Shown: positions 46,912-56,260, counted from the first letter of the stretch. The stretch: 64,000 nt of DNA from Candidatus Nomurabacteria bacterium RIFCSPLOWO2_01_FULL_39_18 (GCA_001787005.1 MFUV01000005.1:2764-66763), one strand, 5' to 3'. Notes: generated by a model from the letters alone, not told the origin. Made by a program: numbers and translations.

Positions 46912-47607
46912 ATGATTTATCTTTTTTCTGGCGATGATGTGAAGAATAAACACCTCTCTTACGAGAAGTTTATAAAATCCCTGCCTGCGCAGGCAGGTAT
47001 TCCAGCGAATACTGAAACCTTTTTTATAAACAGAAATGATTTTAATAGGAATCAGATAGAAAGTCTTTATTCTGGGTCAGGTCTTTTTTTCGAAGATTGC
47101 GTAGTGGTATTCCAAGATGTTTTCGAGAGAGAAGAAACTCGAGAATTTGTTTTAGAGAAGTTGGATTTAATGGGCAAATCTTCCAGCTCTTTTGTTTTTC
47201 TAGAAGGTAAATTAAATAAACCGATTCTAGATGCTTTCAAGAAAATCGAGCCAAAAAAACTCCAGATTAATATTTTCGAATTACCGAAAGAAAAAAAGGA
47301 GAAATTCAATAATTTTCTTCTAGCCAATGCTTTTGGAGTTAGAGATAAATTAAATCTTTGGATTTATTTCCGGCAAGCTGTCGACCTCGGGGTGGGGATG
47401 GAGGAGTTGATCGGAGTACTTTTCTGGAAAATCAAGGATATGCTAATAAAAAAAGATTTCCGCAAATTCTCCGAAGCAGAACTTAAAAATTCCGCCTCTC
47501 GCCTCTCCTACCTTTTACCAGAAGCCCGCAAGGCTAGTCGTGACGCCGAAGCAGTCTTTGAGCAGTTTTTGCTTGAAGCTTTTTTAAAGAGTACTATAAT
47601 TAAGTAG
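46912..47607 (+). CDS. Hypothetical protein, possibly a short DNA polymerase III delta-subunit-like (HolA-like) protein
   Basis: N-terminus MIYLFSGDDVKNKHL resembles HolA starts. Contains the in-frame 18-nt palindrome CCTGCCTGCGCAGGCAGG (LPAQAG) at 46980-46997. The ATG abuts an inverted-repeat right arm. Confidence 0.35.
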   Translation: MIYLFSGDDVKNKHLSYEKFIKSLPAQAGIPANTETFFINRNDFNRNQIESLYSGSGLFFEDCVVVFQDVFEREETREFVLEKLDLMGKSSSSFVFLEGKLNKPILDAFKKIEPKKLQINIFELPKEKKEKFNNFLLANAFGVRDKLNLWIYFRQAVDLGVGMEELIGVLFWKIKDMLIKKDFRKFSEAELKNSASRLSYLLPEARKASRDAEAVFEQFLLEAFLKSTIIK

Positions 47608-47632
47608 TCGGTATCGGGGGGTGTAAAAATCA

Positions 47633-48239
47633 ATGCCTCAACTATATTTTTTGATTTACTGGGCACTTTCGGTTTTTCTGTTTTGGGTGCTTACGCAGCG
47701 GAGAAAAGGGGCTTCGACATTTTTGGTGTTTTTGTCTGCGCTTTTATTAGCGGTGTTGGGGGTGGTACAGTAAGGGAATTCTTCCTAAATGGTTTACCGG
47801 CCTACTTTATTAATTATGATTATCTGCTTGTAATATCTCTTGCTACGATTTTTACTATAGTATTTTTAGAAAGTTTGAGAAAATAAAATATTGGATATTG
47901 GTGATGGATGCGGTTGGTTTAGCAACTTTTGCTTATGTCGGTGCCGCACGGGCTATGGCAGAAAACCTAGGATTTTTGGGGGTTGTGATGTTTGCCATAA
48001 TAACTCCCGCTGGTGGTGATGCCATACGATCAGTTATATCAAGGGAAGTTCCTGCCATTATGTATCGAGACGTATATGCCACCCTGGCGATGCTGTTTGG
48101 TATCGCCTATTTTCTATTGAGGGATTTTAAAGACAATGTATGGGTAGTTTATATTTTGCTTTTAATTATTTTCATTTTGCGTTTATTGGCAATTAAATTT
48201 AATTGGCAGTTATGGGAGCCAAAGAAAAGTTATAAGTGA
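47633..48239 (+). pseudogene. TRIC/UPF0126 (YadS-like, two Gly_transporter repeats) membrane protein gene interrupted by two 1-nt frameshifts in homopolymer runs
   Basis: Three frames together encode MPQLYF|FDLLGTFGFSVLGAYAAEKRGFDIFGVFVCAFISGVGGGTVREF...ESLRK|IKYWILVMDAVGLATFAYVGAARA..GGDAIRS, which is collinear with YadS-type proteins. The frame shifts fall in the T6 run at 47647-47652 and the A4 run at 47880-47883. Confidence 0.6.
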
Positions 48240-48248
48240 TCAGAACTG

Positions 48249-48321
48249 TGCGCCCGGTTGGGATCGAACCAACGACCTTATCCTTAAAAGGGATCTGCTC
48301 TACCGACTGAGCTACGGGCGC
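48249..48321 (-). tRNA. tRNA-Lys (anticodon UUU)
   Basis: Cloverleaf: acceptor GCGCCCG/CGGGCGC; D-arm GCTC-AGTCGGTA-GAGC; anticodon loop CTTTTAA; T-arm GTTGG-TTCGATC-CCAAC. No encoded CCA. Confidence 0.9.
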
Positions 48322-48578
48322 ATGTGTTTTATTAAATTTTTAACAAATTCTCTACCCCTAAAACTTTTTAATTGTCGCTCCCTTTTTATGGCTTCAGTTC
48401 TCGTGGGGAATGCTTCTTTATGGATCAATGCCCACGGACCCCTATTTTGCAAAGTGAACTTACCTAAATGATCACCCCCGTTACTATTATGCTGTTTTAG
48501 TCTGCTATCTATATCGATAGTTTGACCTATATATATCTTATCAGAGGTCTGACTATAAATTGCATAAACTGTGAACAT
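48312..48578 (-). CDS. Small GIY-YIG nuclease-domain protein (UPF0213/YhbQ-like)
   Basis: VYAIYSQTSDKIYIGQTIDIDSRLKQHNS matches the GIY-YIG motif. 88 aa. Its last 10 nt, including the TAG stop, are nt 1-10 of tRNA-Lys. Confidence 0.75.
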   Translation of the reverse strand: MFTVYAIYSQTSDKIYIGQTIDIDSRLKQHNSNGGDHLGKFTLQNRGPWALIHKEAFPTRTEAIKRERQLKSFRGREFVKNLIKHMRP

Positions 48579-48585
48579 AAATTTT

Positions 48586-48628
48586 TCTGCTCTACCTCTG
48601 CCAGCTGGCGGATGAGCTACGGGCGCAT
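48586..48628 (-). repeat. Partial duplicate of the tRNA-Lys 5' end (nt 1-14 and 18-28), with a 17-nt palindromic insert in the D-loop position
   Basis: gatgagctacgggcgcat and tctgctctacc match the tRNA. They are interrupted by tctgccagctggcggat, which is related to the 18-bp palindrome at 1623-1640. The copy lies 7 nt upstream of the GIY-YIG ATG. Confidence 0.5.
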
Positions 48629-48829
48629 CTTGTGATAGTATAAGAAATAAGGCTAAAAATCAAGAAAAATGGTAATATATTAGTATGTTTAAGATCAGCA
48701 AAACGTTGTTGTGCTTTCTAATTTTAACGATAGTAAGTTCTTTGTTTGCTTACACTATTATAGTAAAAGCATACGAAAATGCATATCCCGACTATTTAAT
48801 CCAATAAATTTTCGTGTTAAGGTGTAACT

Positions 48830-51112
48830 ATGACTCAAGGTATTTTCAAGTTGCATAGCCCATTTAAACCAGCTGGCGATCAGCCTGTGGCTATTTTAAA
48901 GCTCCTTGATGGATTAGAGAAGGGCATGCAAAAACAAACTCTGCTCGGGGCAACTGGCACAGGCAAGACTTTTACCATGGCAAATGTGATAGTAGAATAC
49001 AATAAGCCGACATTGGTAATAGCGCACAACAAAACCCTTGCGGCTCAACTAGCTCAGGAATTCAGAGAATTTTTCCCAGATTCCGCGGTGCACTATTTTG
49101 TTTCCTACTATGATTATTACCAACCAGAAGCTTATATGCCGACAACGGACACTTATATAGAAAAGGATGCGCAGATAAACAAAGAAATAGATCGTCTTCG
49201 TCATGCTTCAACCCAAGCGCTTTTGACTAGACGAGATGTTATCATTGTCGCTTCCGTGTCTTGTATTTATGGTTTAGGTTCTCCAGAAGAATATGAAAAA
49301 GTTAATTTAAAAATTAAACTTGGTATGAAAATGGAGAGGCTGACTCTGATGAAACGTCTGATTGAAATTCATTTCGAACGCACAAATGCTGATCTTACCC
49401 CAGGGACTTTCCGATCTATCGGCTCTTGGGTAGAATTTATGCCAGTGTCAGAGACAATAATGTACCAGATTGAAATAGATGATGGGGCTGTCTCAAAAAT
49501 AACCAAAATTGATCCAATTTCTTCTCAGATAATAAAAGAAGAGAAAGATGTTTTTATTTTTCCGGCCAAGCATTTCATCACAGAAGATACGAAAAAGAAC
49601 AAAGCCCTGATTGAAATTAAGAAAGAACTCGCATTGCAATTAAAAAAGTTTCAGAAAGAAGGCAAGTTGCTTGAGGCAGAGCGGATAAAGCGCCGGACCA
49701 ATTACGATCTCGCCATGATCAAGGAAGTTGGTTATTGCAGTGGCATCGAAAATTATTCGCGACATTTATCAGGTAAACAAAAAGGCGAACCGCCAGAAAC
49801 CTTGCTCTCTTATTTCCCCCATACTGGAGATGGCGAACCTGATTTTCTTACCATCATTGATGAATCCCACGTAACTCTGCCTCAACTAGAAGGTATGTAT
49901 GCGGGCGATGCTTCACGCAAAAAAACCCTTGTAGAATATGGTTTTCGCCTGCCTTCAGCTAAGGATAACCGGCCTCTTAAATATGAGGAATTTCAGAAGC
50001 GCATCGGTCCAGTAGTTTATACCAGTGCGACGCCCGGAAAATACGAAATAGAAGAAAGTAAAAAAGAATGTGAACAAACTTGCCCCGCACGAAGTACTCT
50101 TTCGTGCGGGGTCGTAGAGCAAATAATCCGACCAACCGGGCTTGTCGATCCAGAGACAATAGTTCGACCAGTGAGTGCAAATTCTCCTCTTGAGGAGTAC
50201 CCGAAGGGGGAGGTGGATGAATTTTCCACCCCGTCTCGCAAGCGATCCACTCCTCAAGAGGGGAATAAATACCCCGGCCAGATTCAAGATTTTATAAGTG
50301 AAGCAGAGAAAACAATTAAAAAGGGTTTTCGAGTTCTAGCCACCACACTAACAAAAAAAATGGCCGAAGATCTGTCTCTTTATCTCAAAGACCTGCCTGC
50401 GCAGGCAGGCAAGAAAATAAAATCAGAGTATCTGCATAGTGATATAAAAACTTTGGAAAGAATCCAAATACTTTCAAAGTTTCGCAAAGGTGATTTTGAT
50501 GTTTTGGTGGGAGTAAACTTGCTTCGCGAAGGGCTTGATTTGCCCGAAGTGGCGTTAATTGGGATTCTCGATGCAGACAAAGAGGGATTTTTGCGCTCAG
50601 AAACATCTCTTATCCAAACCATCGGGCGTGCCGCGCGCAACAGTGAAGGGAAGGTAATTCTCTATGCAGATGTTATCACTGGCTCGATGAATAAAGCGCT
50701 AGCCGAAACTGCTCGTCGTCGGGATATTCAGCTCACCTATAATAAAAAGCACGGCATCACCCCCAAGACGATAATAAAAAAGATAAAAGATATTACCGAA
50801 GAATTCGAAAGTGAACATGGAAAAGCTGTAAATGCAGAATTAAAACTTGATGTGGAAATATTCCGTAGAGCTTACAAAAAAGAACTGACTAGACCACTTA
50901 AACCAAAAGGTTTAGGCGAATCGCATCTCTCTGATCAAGAAATAGAGGCATTAACCTATGAGAAAATAATAAAAATAAAAGAAAAAGAAATGAATCGAGC
51001 CGTGAAAGAGCTGGATTTCGAAACAGCGGCCATACTTCGTGATGAAATTAGAGTTTTGTCTCAAAAAACTGTTTACGGTACCGGCAATAAAACAAAAAAT
51101 GTAGTTCCTTGA
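48830..51112 (+). CDS. uvrB: Excinuclease ABC subunit B
   Basis: Walker A GATGTGKTFT, beta-hairpin region, helicase motifs, and a C-terminal UvrB/UvrC interaction domain (EIEALTYEKIIKIKEKEMNRAVKELDFETAAILRDEI). At 760 aa it carries about 90 aa of GC-rich in-frame inserts (50082-50116, 50176-50281, 50392-50409). Confidence 0.95.
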   Translation: MTQGIFKLHSPFKPAGDQPVAILKLLDGLEKGMQKQTLLGATGTGKTFTMANVIVEYNKPTLVIAHNKTLAAQLAQEFREFFPDSAVHYFVSYYDYYQPEAYMPTTDTYIEKDAQINKEIDRLRHASTQALLTRRDVIIVASVSCIYGLGSPEEYEKVNLKIKLGMKMERLTLMKRLIEIHFERTNADLTPGTFRSIGSWVEFMPVSETIMYQIEIDDGAVSKITKIDPISSQIIKEEKDVFIFPAKHFITEDTKKNKALIEIKKELALQLKKFQKEGKLLEAERIKRRTNYDLAMIKEVGYCSGIENYSRHLSGKQKGEPPETLLSYFPHTGDGEPDFLTIIDESHVTLPQLEGMYAGDASRKKTLVEYGFRLPSAKDNRPLKYEEFQKRIGPVVYTSATPGKYEIEESKKECEQTCPARSTLSCGVVEQIIRPTGLVDPETIVRPVSANSPLEEYPKGEVDEFSTPSRKRSTPQEGNKYPGQIQDFISEAEKTIKKGFRVLATTLTKKMAEDLSLYLKDLPAQAGKKIKSEYLHSDIKTLERIQILSKFRKGDFDVLVGVNLLREGLDLPEVALIGILDADKEGFLRSETSLIQTIGRAARNSEGKVILYADVITGSMNKALAETARRRDIQLTYNKKHGITPKTIIKKIKDITEEFESEHGKAVNAELKLDVEIFRRAYKKELTRPLKPKGLGESHLSDQEIEALTYEKIIKIKEKEMNRAVKELDFETAAILRDEIRVLSQKTVYGTGNKTKNVVP
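50082..50116. repeat. Perfect 11-bp-stem GC hairpin (ccccgcacgaa-gtactct-ttcgtgcgggg) inside uvrB
   Basis: Translated as TCPARSTLSCGV, between conserved blocks where other UvrB proteins have no such segment. Confidence 0.55.
50176..50281. repeat. About 105-nt GC-rich element with inverted terminal repeats inside uvrB
   Basis: tcctcttgaggagt (50177-50190) and actcctcaagaggg (50264-50277) are inverted copies of each other. The element encodes NSPLEEYPKGEVDEFSTPSRKRSTPQEGNKYP between the conserved IVRP and GQIQD.. blocks. Confidence 0.55.
50392..50409. repeat. 18-nt self-complementary element CCTGCCTGCGCAGGCAGG inside uvrB (LPAQAG)
   Basis: Identical 18-mer at 46980-46997 in an unrelated gene, where it also reads LPAQAG. 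Degenerate copy at 55495-55512 in uvrC (LPTQAS). Confidence 0.6.
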
Positions 51113-51798
51113 TTTTCCTTTGACTCAAACCATATCTTGCCCTGGTGTTGCTCGATGATATTTTTACTTACGTATAGTCCCAAACCAGTTCCATCAGCAT
51201 GATGATGCAACGCGCGAGACGATCTGAAAAATTTTGTAAATATTTTCCCGAATTCTTCCTTAGGGATGCCAATACCCATATCCTTGATTGAAATAACGAG
51301 CTCATGGTCATTACAAGCGACTTCCAGCTCCACCCTGTCTCCCGAGGAAGAATATTTGATAGCATTATCAAAAATATTATTTATAGCCATCTCCATTTTT
51401 TCTATATCTACATTAAGCGGAGGTAGGTCAGGGGGGATTTCAAACTTAAAAACAACCTTCTTTTCATCTCCAATATTTTTAAATGAATCCTTAAGATTTT
51501 TAAATACTGGCAAAATGGATTGTTTCTTCAAAATAACTCCGAAAGATCCCTCCGCAATCTGGCCTACATTCAGAAGATCATTCACCAAGCTGAGCATGTG
51601 GCTCGTGGCTACAGAGGCTTTAGATATAATTTGCTTCTGATCAGGGTTCAATTTACCCGCTTCTCCGGAAGAAAGAATTTCCAAAGACCATTTCAATCCA
51701 ATTAATGGGGTTCTTAACTGATGGGCGGCAATAGTGACAAATTCGGCATTTGGCAAGATTTTTCTTACTTTTTTATGAGATTTTGCCTGTTTCATCAA
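51073..51798 (-). CDS. Cytoplasmic sensor histidine kinase (HisKA + HATPase_c, no TM region)
   Basis: H-box AAHQLRTPL; N-box IFDNAIKYS; G-boxes DMGIGIPKEEFGKIF and GTGLGLYVSKNII. Overlaps the uvrB 3' end by 40 nt on the opposite strand. Confidence 0.85.
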   Translation of the reverse strand: MMKQAKSHKKVRKILPNAEFVTIAAHQLRTPLIGLKWSLEILSSGEAGKLNPDQKQIISKASVATSHMLSLVNDLLNVGQIAEGSFGVILKKQSILPVFKNLKDSFKNIGDEKKVVFKFEIPPDLPPLNVDIEKMEMAINNIFDNAIKYSSSGDRVELEVACNDHELVISIKDMGIGIPKEEFGKIFTKFFRSSRALHHHADGTGLGLYVSKNIIEQHQGKIWFESKENQGTTFFVLLPVP

Positions 51799-51904
51799 TA
51801 TTTGTAATTTTACTAAAATTTGCCAAATAAGTCCAAAATGTATTCACATTTGTGTTCATTGTATATTTGCGCATTTCCCCCACAAATGATATAATTCTAC
51901 CGTT

Positions 51905-52327
51905 ATGGCATCTGACGACAAACAAAAAACTATTGATGGACTTTCCAAGAAAAGAGTGTTGTTAGTTGAAGATGATGTTTTTCTAAGCGACATTATTGCC
52001 CGCAAACTTGTTGCTCAAGGCTGCGTTTTCCTCTACGCGCAAGATGGTGAGAAAGCGCTGCTCCTAGTGGAGAGAGAAGTACCAGATATTATTTTACTCG
52101 ACATTCTTCTTCCTGGCATTAATGGTTTTGATCTGCTTAAAAAATTCAAAGAAAATCCAAAGACTAAAGATATCCCAGTCATCATTCTTTCCAATTTAAG
52201 CCAGCCTAGTGATATAGAGAAAGGCAAAAGCCTAAAAGCTGCCCGTTTCTTAATAAAAGCTACCACCTCGACCGATGGAATAATGTTGAAACTAAAAGAA
52301 GTCCTGGAAGAGAAGAAAAAATCCTAA
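51905..52327 (+). CDS. Single-domain response regulator (CheY-like receiver)
   Basis: VLLVEDDVFL, phospho-acceptor Asp in IILLDILLPG, and the conserved Lys region. 140 aa. Divergent from the histidine kinase. Confidence 0.85.
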   Translation: MASDDKQKTIDGLSKKRVLLVEDDVFLSDIIARKLVAQGCVFLYAQDGEKALLLVEREVPDIILLDILLPGINGFDLLKKFKENPKTKDIPVIILSNLSQPSDIEKGKSLKAARFLIKATTSTDGIMLKLKEVLEEKKKS

Positions 52328-52406
52328 AAAGAAGACTTTTGTATTTTTTCTGCTATACTAAATTTATATACACCCCCTATGAATAAAGTGGGGTGCGGTT
52401 GTATTT

Positions 52407-54977
52407 ATGGCAAAACAAGAAAAAGAATCAAATAAAATAATAATAAAAGGGGCGCGAACACACAACCTTAAGAATATTACGGTTGAAATACCACGAGATA
52501 AGATGACAGTCATTACCGGAGTTTCTGGAAGTGGCAAATCTTCTCTCGCCTTCGATACAATTTTTGCCGAAGGGCAGAGGCGATACGTAGAGTCGTTGTC
52601 TTCTTATGCCCGGCAATTTCTGAATCAAATGCCCAAGCCGGACGTGGATGAAATCACGGGGCTTTCACCCGCTATTTCCATTGACCAAAAATCCCGATCG
52701 AACAATCCTCGCTCCACCGTAGCGACCATTACAGAAATTTATGATTATCTCCGGGTAATGTACGCGCGTATTGGGCACCCGCACTGCCCGGAATGCGGAG
52801 AAGAGATAAAGAAACTTTCTAATGAAGAAATTTTGAATTTTATTCAAAATAAAATCAAAACTCATTCTTCTGTTTCTATTTTTTCTCCAGTCGTTAGAGG
52901 GAGAAAAGGAGAATATTACCAGTTATTGTACGACTTGCTGGGCAAAGGTTTTTCCGAGATTCGGCTGGATGGAACGATGAAAAAGCTTCGGGAGCAAATC
53001 ACCCTCTCAAAATACAAAGCTCACAACATCGAGGTCTTGGTGGATGGTTTTTCGATTGATGGATTAAAAAAAGAAGAATTGCGCATGCGCTTGTCTGAAG
53101 CGATCGAGCGAGCTCTGATTGAATCTGACGGACTAGTCACAACTAAAATTAATGATGAAGAATTTATTATGTCTGCAAAATTTGCCTGCAAAAATGACGG
53201 CTTTTCTTTTCCAGAGATTGAGCCTCGTTTATTTTCTTTTAATTCTCCCTATGGCGCATGCCCAGCTTGTAATGGCCTTGGTTCGAAGTATTTTATGGGA
53301 GACGAACCCTGTGATGTTTGTCATGGTGCGCGCCTTCGCACCGAAGCCCTAAATGTTTTTTTGGAAACTAAAAATAAAAAAGTTAATATTTTAGATCTCG
53401 CTTCTCTCTCCATTGCCGATGCGCATGATTTTTTCAAGAACCTTAAGCTCTCAAGCCAAGAGAAAGAAATATCCATGCCAGTAGTGAGGGAGATAGAAGC
53501 GCGGCTACAATTCATGCTCGACGTTGGGCTCAACTACCTTCAGCTTTCTCGTAAAGCCAATACTCTCTCCGGCGGAGAGGCTCAGCGCATTCGCCTGGCT
53601 TCACAGCTCGGCTCCAGGCTTGTGGGAGCTCTCTATGTGCTCGATGAGCCGACGATAGGGCTTCATCAACGAGACAATGACCGTTTAATCAGAACATTGC
53701 AGAATCTGCGCGATCTAGGCAATACGATTTTAATTGTTGAACACGATGAAGACACTATTTATGCATCAGATTATATCGTAGATATTGGACCGAAGGCTGG
53801 GGTGCATGGCGGGGAAATTATTGTTTCTGGTTTTCTCGAGGATTTATTGACTGCTAACCCCGAACGAAAGCCTACGGCTTCATACGGGGCAGGGAAAAAC
53901 ACGAAGTCCAGAACACTTGGCTATTTAAGAGGTGAGTTAAAAATAGAAATTCCCAAGAAGCGTCGCGGCGGTAAAGGCGCGCTTCGCATCAGCGGGGGAA
54001 AAATTTTTAATATAAATAATTTGAATGTAGAAATTCCGCTTGGCGTCATGACCTCTATCACCGGTGTGTCCGGGAGCGGTAAAAGTTCCTTAATGTATGA
54101 AATTCTTTACAAGAATTTACAGGCGAGGTATGAACGCAAATATCGTACTGCTAAAGTTTACAATTGCTCTTCTTTTTCTGGTACTGAATACCTATCTCGA
54201 GCGATTTTAATTGACCAATCACCCATTGGTCGAACTCCGCGTTCTAATTTGGCAACTTATACGGGCGCTTTTACTCATATTCGAGACCTTTTTGCCACCA
54301 CCGAAGAGGCTCGTCTGCGTGGCTGGAAGGCAAACCGCTTTTCTTTCAACGTCAAAGGCGGCCGCTGTGAAGCTTGTGAAGGCAACGGCGAGATCGCTGT
54401 GGAAATGCACTTTTTGCCGACAGTTTACGTGACTTGCGATGTATGCAACGGCAAAAGATTTGATAAAGAAACACTTACTGTAAAATATAAGAAAAAAAAT
54501 ATTTATGAAGTGCTCCACATGACGGTCGAAGTTGGACTCTCATTCTTCAAGGACATTCCTGCGATTTCTGATCGACTGGAAACTCTGATGGATGTGGGAC
54601 TAGGGTATCTAGAGCTTGGTCAGTCGGCCACCACACTCTCTGGCGGGGAAGCGCAACGGGTAAAAATATCGAGTGAGCTATATCGTCCGCATGCAGATAT
54701 GACCATCTATCTTCTTGATGAACCTACTGTGGGGTTGCACTATGATGATGTGCATAAACTATTGGAAGTGTTAAATAAACTTGTAAGTAAAGGCAACACC
54801 GTCATTCTAATAGAGCACAATCTGGACATTATAAAGAGTTCAGACTACATAATAGATATTGGGCCAGAAGGGGGAATGAATGGGGGTAATTTAGTGGCGA
54901 AGGGCACACCAGAAGAAGTGGCGAATAATACAAAAAGCTACACTGGGAAATATTTAAAGAGGGCTTTACGCAAATGA
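52407..54977 (+). CDS. uvrA: Excinuclease ABC subunit A
   Basis: Two ABC modules ([15 protein letters not shown] and [15 protein letters not shown]), LSGGEAQR x2, and zinc-finger Cys clusters. Carries a 32-nt palindromic insert at 53858-53889 translated as [13 protein letters not shown]. Confidence 0.95.
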   Translation: MAKQEKESNKIIIKGARTHNLKNITVEIPRDKMTVITGVSGSGKSSLAFDTIFAEGQRRYVESLSSYARQFLNQMPKPDVDEITGLSPAISIDQKSRSNNPRSTVATITEIYDYLRVMYARIGHPHCPECGEEIKKLSNEEILNFIQNKIKTHSSVSIFSPVVRGRKGEYYQLLYDLLGKGFSEIRLDGTMKKLREQITLSKYKAHNIEVLVDGFSIDGLKKEELRMRLSEAIERALIESDGLVTTKINDEEFIMSAKFACKNDGFSFPEIEPRLFSFNSPYGACPACNGLGSKYFMGDEPCDVCHGARLRTEALNVFLETKNKKVNILDLASLSIADAHDFFKNLKLSSQEKEISMPVVREIEARLQFMLDVGLNYLQLSRKANTLSGGEAQRIRLASQLGSRLVGALYVLDEPTIGLHQRDNDRLIRTLQNLRDLGNTILIVEHDEDTIYASDYIVDIGPKAGVHGGEIIVSGFLEDLLTANPERKPTASYGAGKNTKSRTLGYLRGELKIEIPKKRRGGKGALRISGGKIFNINNLNVEIPLGVMTSITGVSGSGKSSLMYEILYKNLQARYERKYRTAKVYNCSSFSGTEYLSRAILIDQSPIGRTPRSNLATYTGAFTHIRDLFATTEEARLRGWKANRFSFNVKGGRCEACEGNGEIAVEMHFLPTVYVTCDVCNGKRFDKETLTVKYKKKNIYEVLHMTVEVGLSFFKDIPAISDRLETLMDVGLGYLELGQSATTLSGGEAQRVKISSELYRPHADMTIYLLDEPTVGLHYDDVHKLLEVLNKLVSKGNTVILIEHNLDIIKSSDYIIDIGPEGGMNGGNLVAKGTPEEVANNTKSYTGKYLKRALRK
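53858..53889. repeat. CCCCGAACGAAAGC..GCTTCATACGGGG palindromic element inside uvrA, same family as the ruvB insert
   Basis: Its reverse complement, ccccgtatgaagc...ttcgttcgggg, matches the CCCCGTAGGAAGC/TTCCTTCGGGG termini. Both intragenic copies read ASYGAGK in the host frame. Confidence 0.6.
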
Positions 54978-56260
54978 AAATTGAATTAATAAAAAAAATA
55001 CCTGATAAATCTGGAGTCTACTTTTTCAAAAAAGGTAAAGAAATTCTTTACATTGGCAAAGCAACATCACTGAAAGATAGAATAAAAAGTTATTTTGGCA
55101 AGGACTTGATACAAACTAGGGGGCCACTTCTGGTGGATATGATCGTTCGTGCAAATAAAATAGATTGGCAAGAGACAGACAATGTTCTGGAGGCTATAAT
55201 TCTCGAAGCCAACTTGATTAGAAAGCACCAACCCTATTACAACACCAAAGAAAAAGACGACAAAAGTTTCAACTTCGTTTGTATCACAAGAGAAAAGTTG
55301 CCTAGAGTAATTACTGTGCGGGGGAGTAGTGTTAAACACCGAGTGTTTAACAAAATCTACGGACCATATACGAGTGGCGTACATCTTCGTGAAGCGCTCA
55401 AGATAATCAGGAAGATTTTTCCATTTTTAGATGATAAAAGTAAAAATTATATTGAATTTTATCGACAAATAAATTTAATTCCTGACCTAAATGACCTACC
55501 GACGCAGGCAAGTCGTAAACTATATTTGCAAAATATCAAAAATATCAAATTGTTTTTGGGTGGCAAGAAAAAACAAATTTTCAAAAACTTGAAAAAAGAA
55601 ATGCATGAATACGCGAAGAAGCATGAATTTGAAAAAGCCGGAGAAATTAAAAGACAGCTTTTTGCTCTACAACACATCAATGACATTGCTTTATTAAAGG
55701 CTAATAGCTTCGCAGACAGTAAAATTTTTGATCCTGCGCCCTTCTTTGGGCGCAGGATAGGGAACAAAGCGGAACCCTCGGATACAAAAATTTCATTGTC
55801 TGCTTCGCCGATTCGCATTGAGGCCTACGACATAGCTCACATGGGTGGCAAAAATATGGTAGGAGTGATGATAGTAGTTGAAGAAGGTGAACTGGTGAAA
55901 AGTGAGTATAAAAAATTCAGGATAAAAACTCAAGCTGGAGCAAATGATACTGGTGCGCTTGCGGAGATTCTAGAGAGGCGTTTGGCGCACAGAGAATGGG
56001 CATATCCTGATTTAATCGTAGTTGATGGCGGAATAGCCCAAATAAATATGGCTAAAAAAAATTTATCAAGGATTCACCTTGATATTCCCGCAGTGTCGGT
56101 TGTAAAAGACGAAAGACACAAGCCAAAAAGCATTATGGGTGAGAGAGAAATTGTGGCAAAATATAAAAGGGAGATCTTGCTTGCGAACAGCGAAGCGCAT
56201 AGATTTGCCATCGCATACCACAAAAAAATGCGTAATAAAAATTTCCTTAAAATTTATTGA
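54974..56260 (+). CDS. uvrC: Excinuclease ABC subunit C (short form lacking the C-terminal HhH region)
   Basis: N-terminal GIY-YIG (SGVYFFKKGKEILYIGKATSLKDR), UvrBC-binding region (EKAGEIKRQLFALQHI), and an RNase H-like endonuclease domain. 428 aa. Start overlaps the uvrA stop (ATGA). Confidence 0.9.
   Translation: MKIELIKKIPDKSGVYFFKKGKEILYIGKATSLKDRIKSYFGKDLIQTRGPLLVDMIVRANKIDWQETDNVLEAIILEANLIRKHQPYYNTKEKDDKSFNFVCITREKLPRVITVRGSSVKHRVFNKIYGPYTSGVHLREALKIIRKIFPFLDDKSKNYIEFYRQINLIPDLNDLPTQASRKLYLQNIKNIKLFLGGKKKQIFKNLKKEMHEYAKKHEFEKAGEIKRQLFALQHINDIALLKANSFADSKIFDPAPFFGRRIGNKAEPSDTKISLSASPIRIEAYDIAHMGGKNMVGVMIVVEEGELVKSEYKKFRIKTQAGANDTGALAEILERRLAHREWAYPDLIVVDGGIAQINMAKKNLSRIHLDIPAVSVVKDERHKPKSIMGEREIVAKYKREILLANSEAHRFAIAYHKKMRNKNFLKIY

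Noticed and set aside
46912-47607. Confident assignment of the 231-aa ORF as holA
   Set aside because: Only the N-terminal IYLFSGDD resembles DNA polymerase III delta. The protein is short and I cannot see the C-terminal clamp-loader motifs, so it is kept as a low-confidence suggestion.
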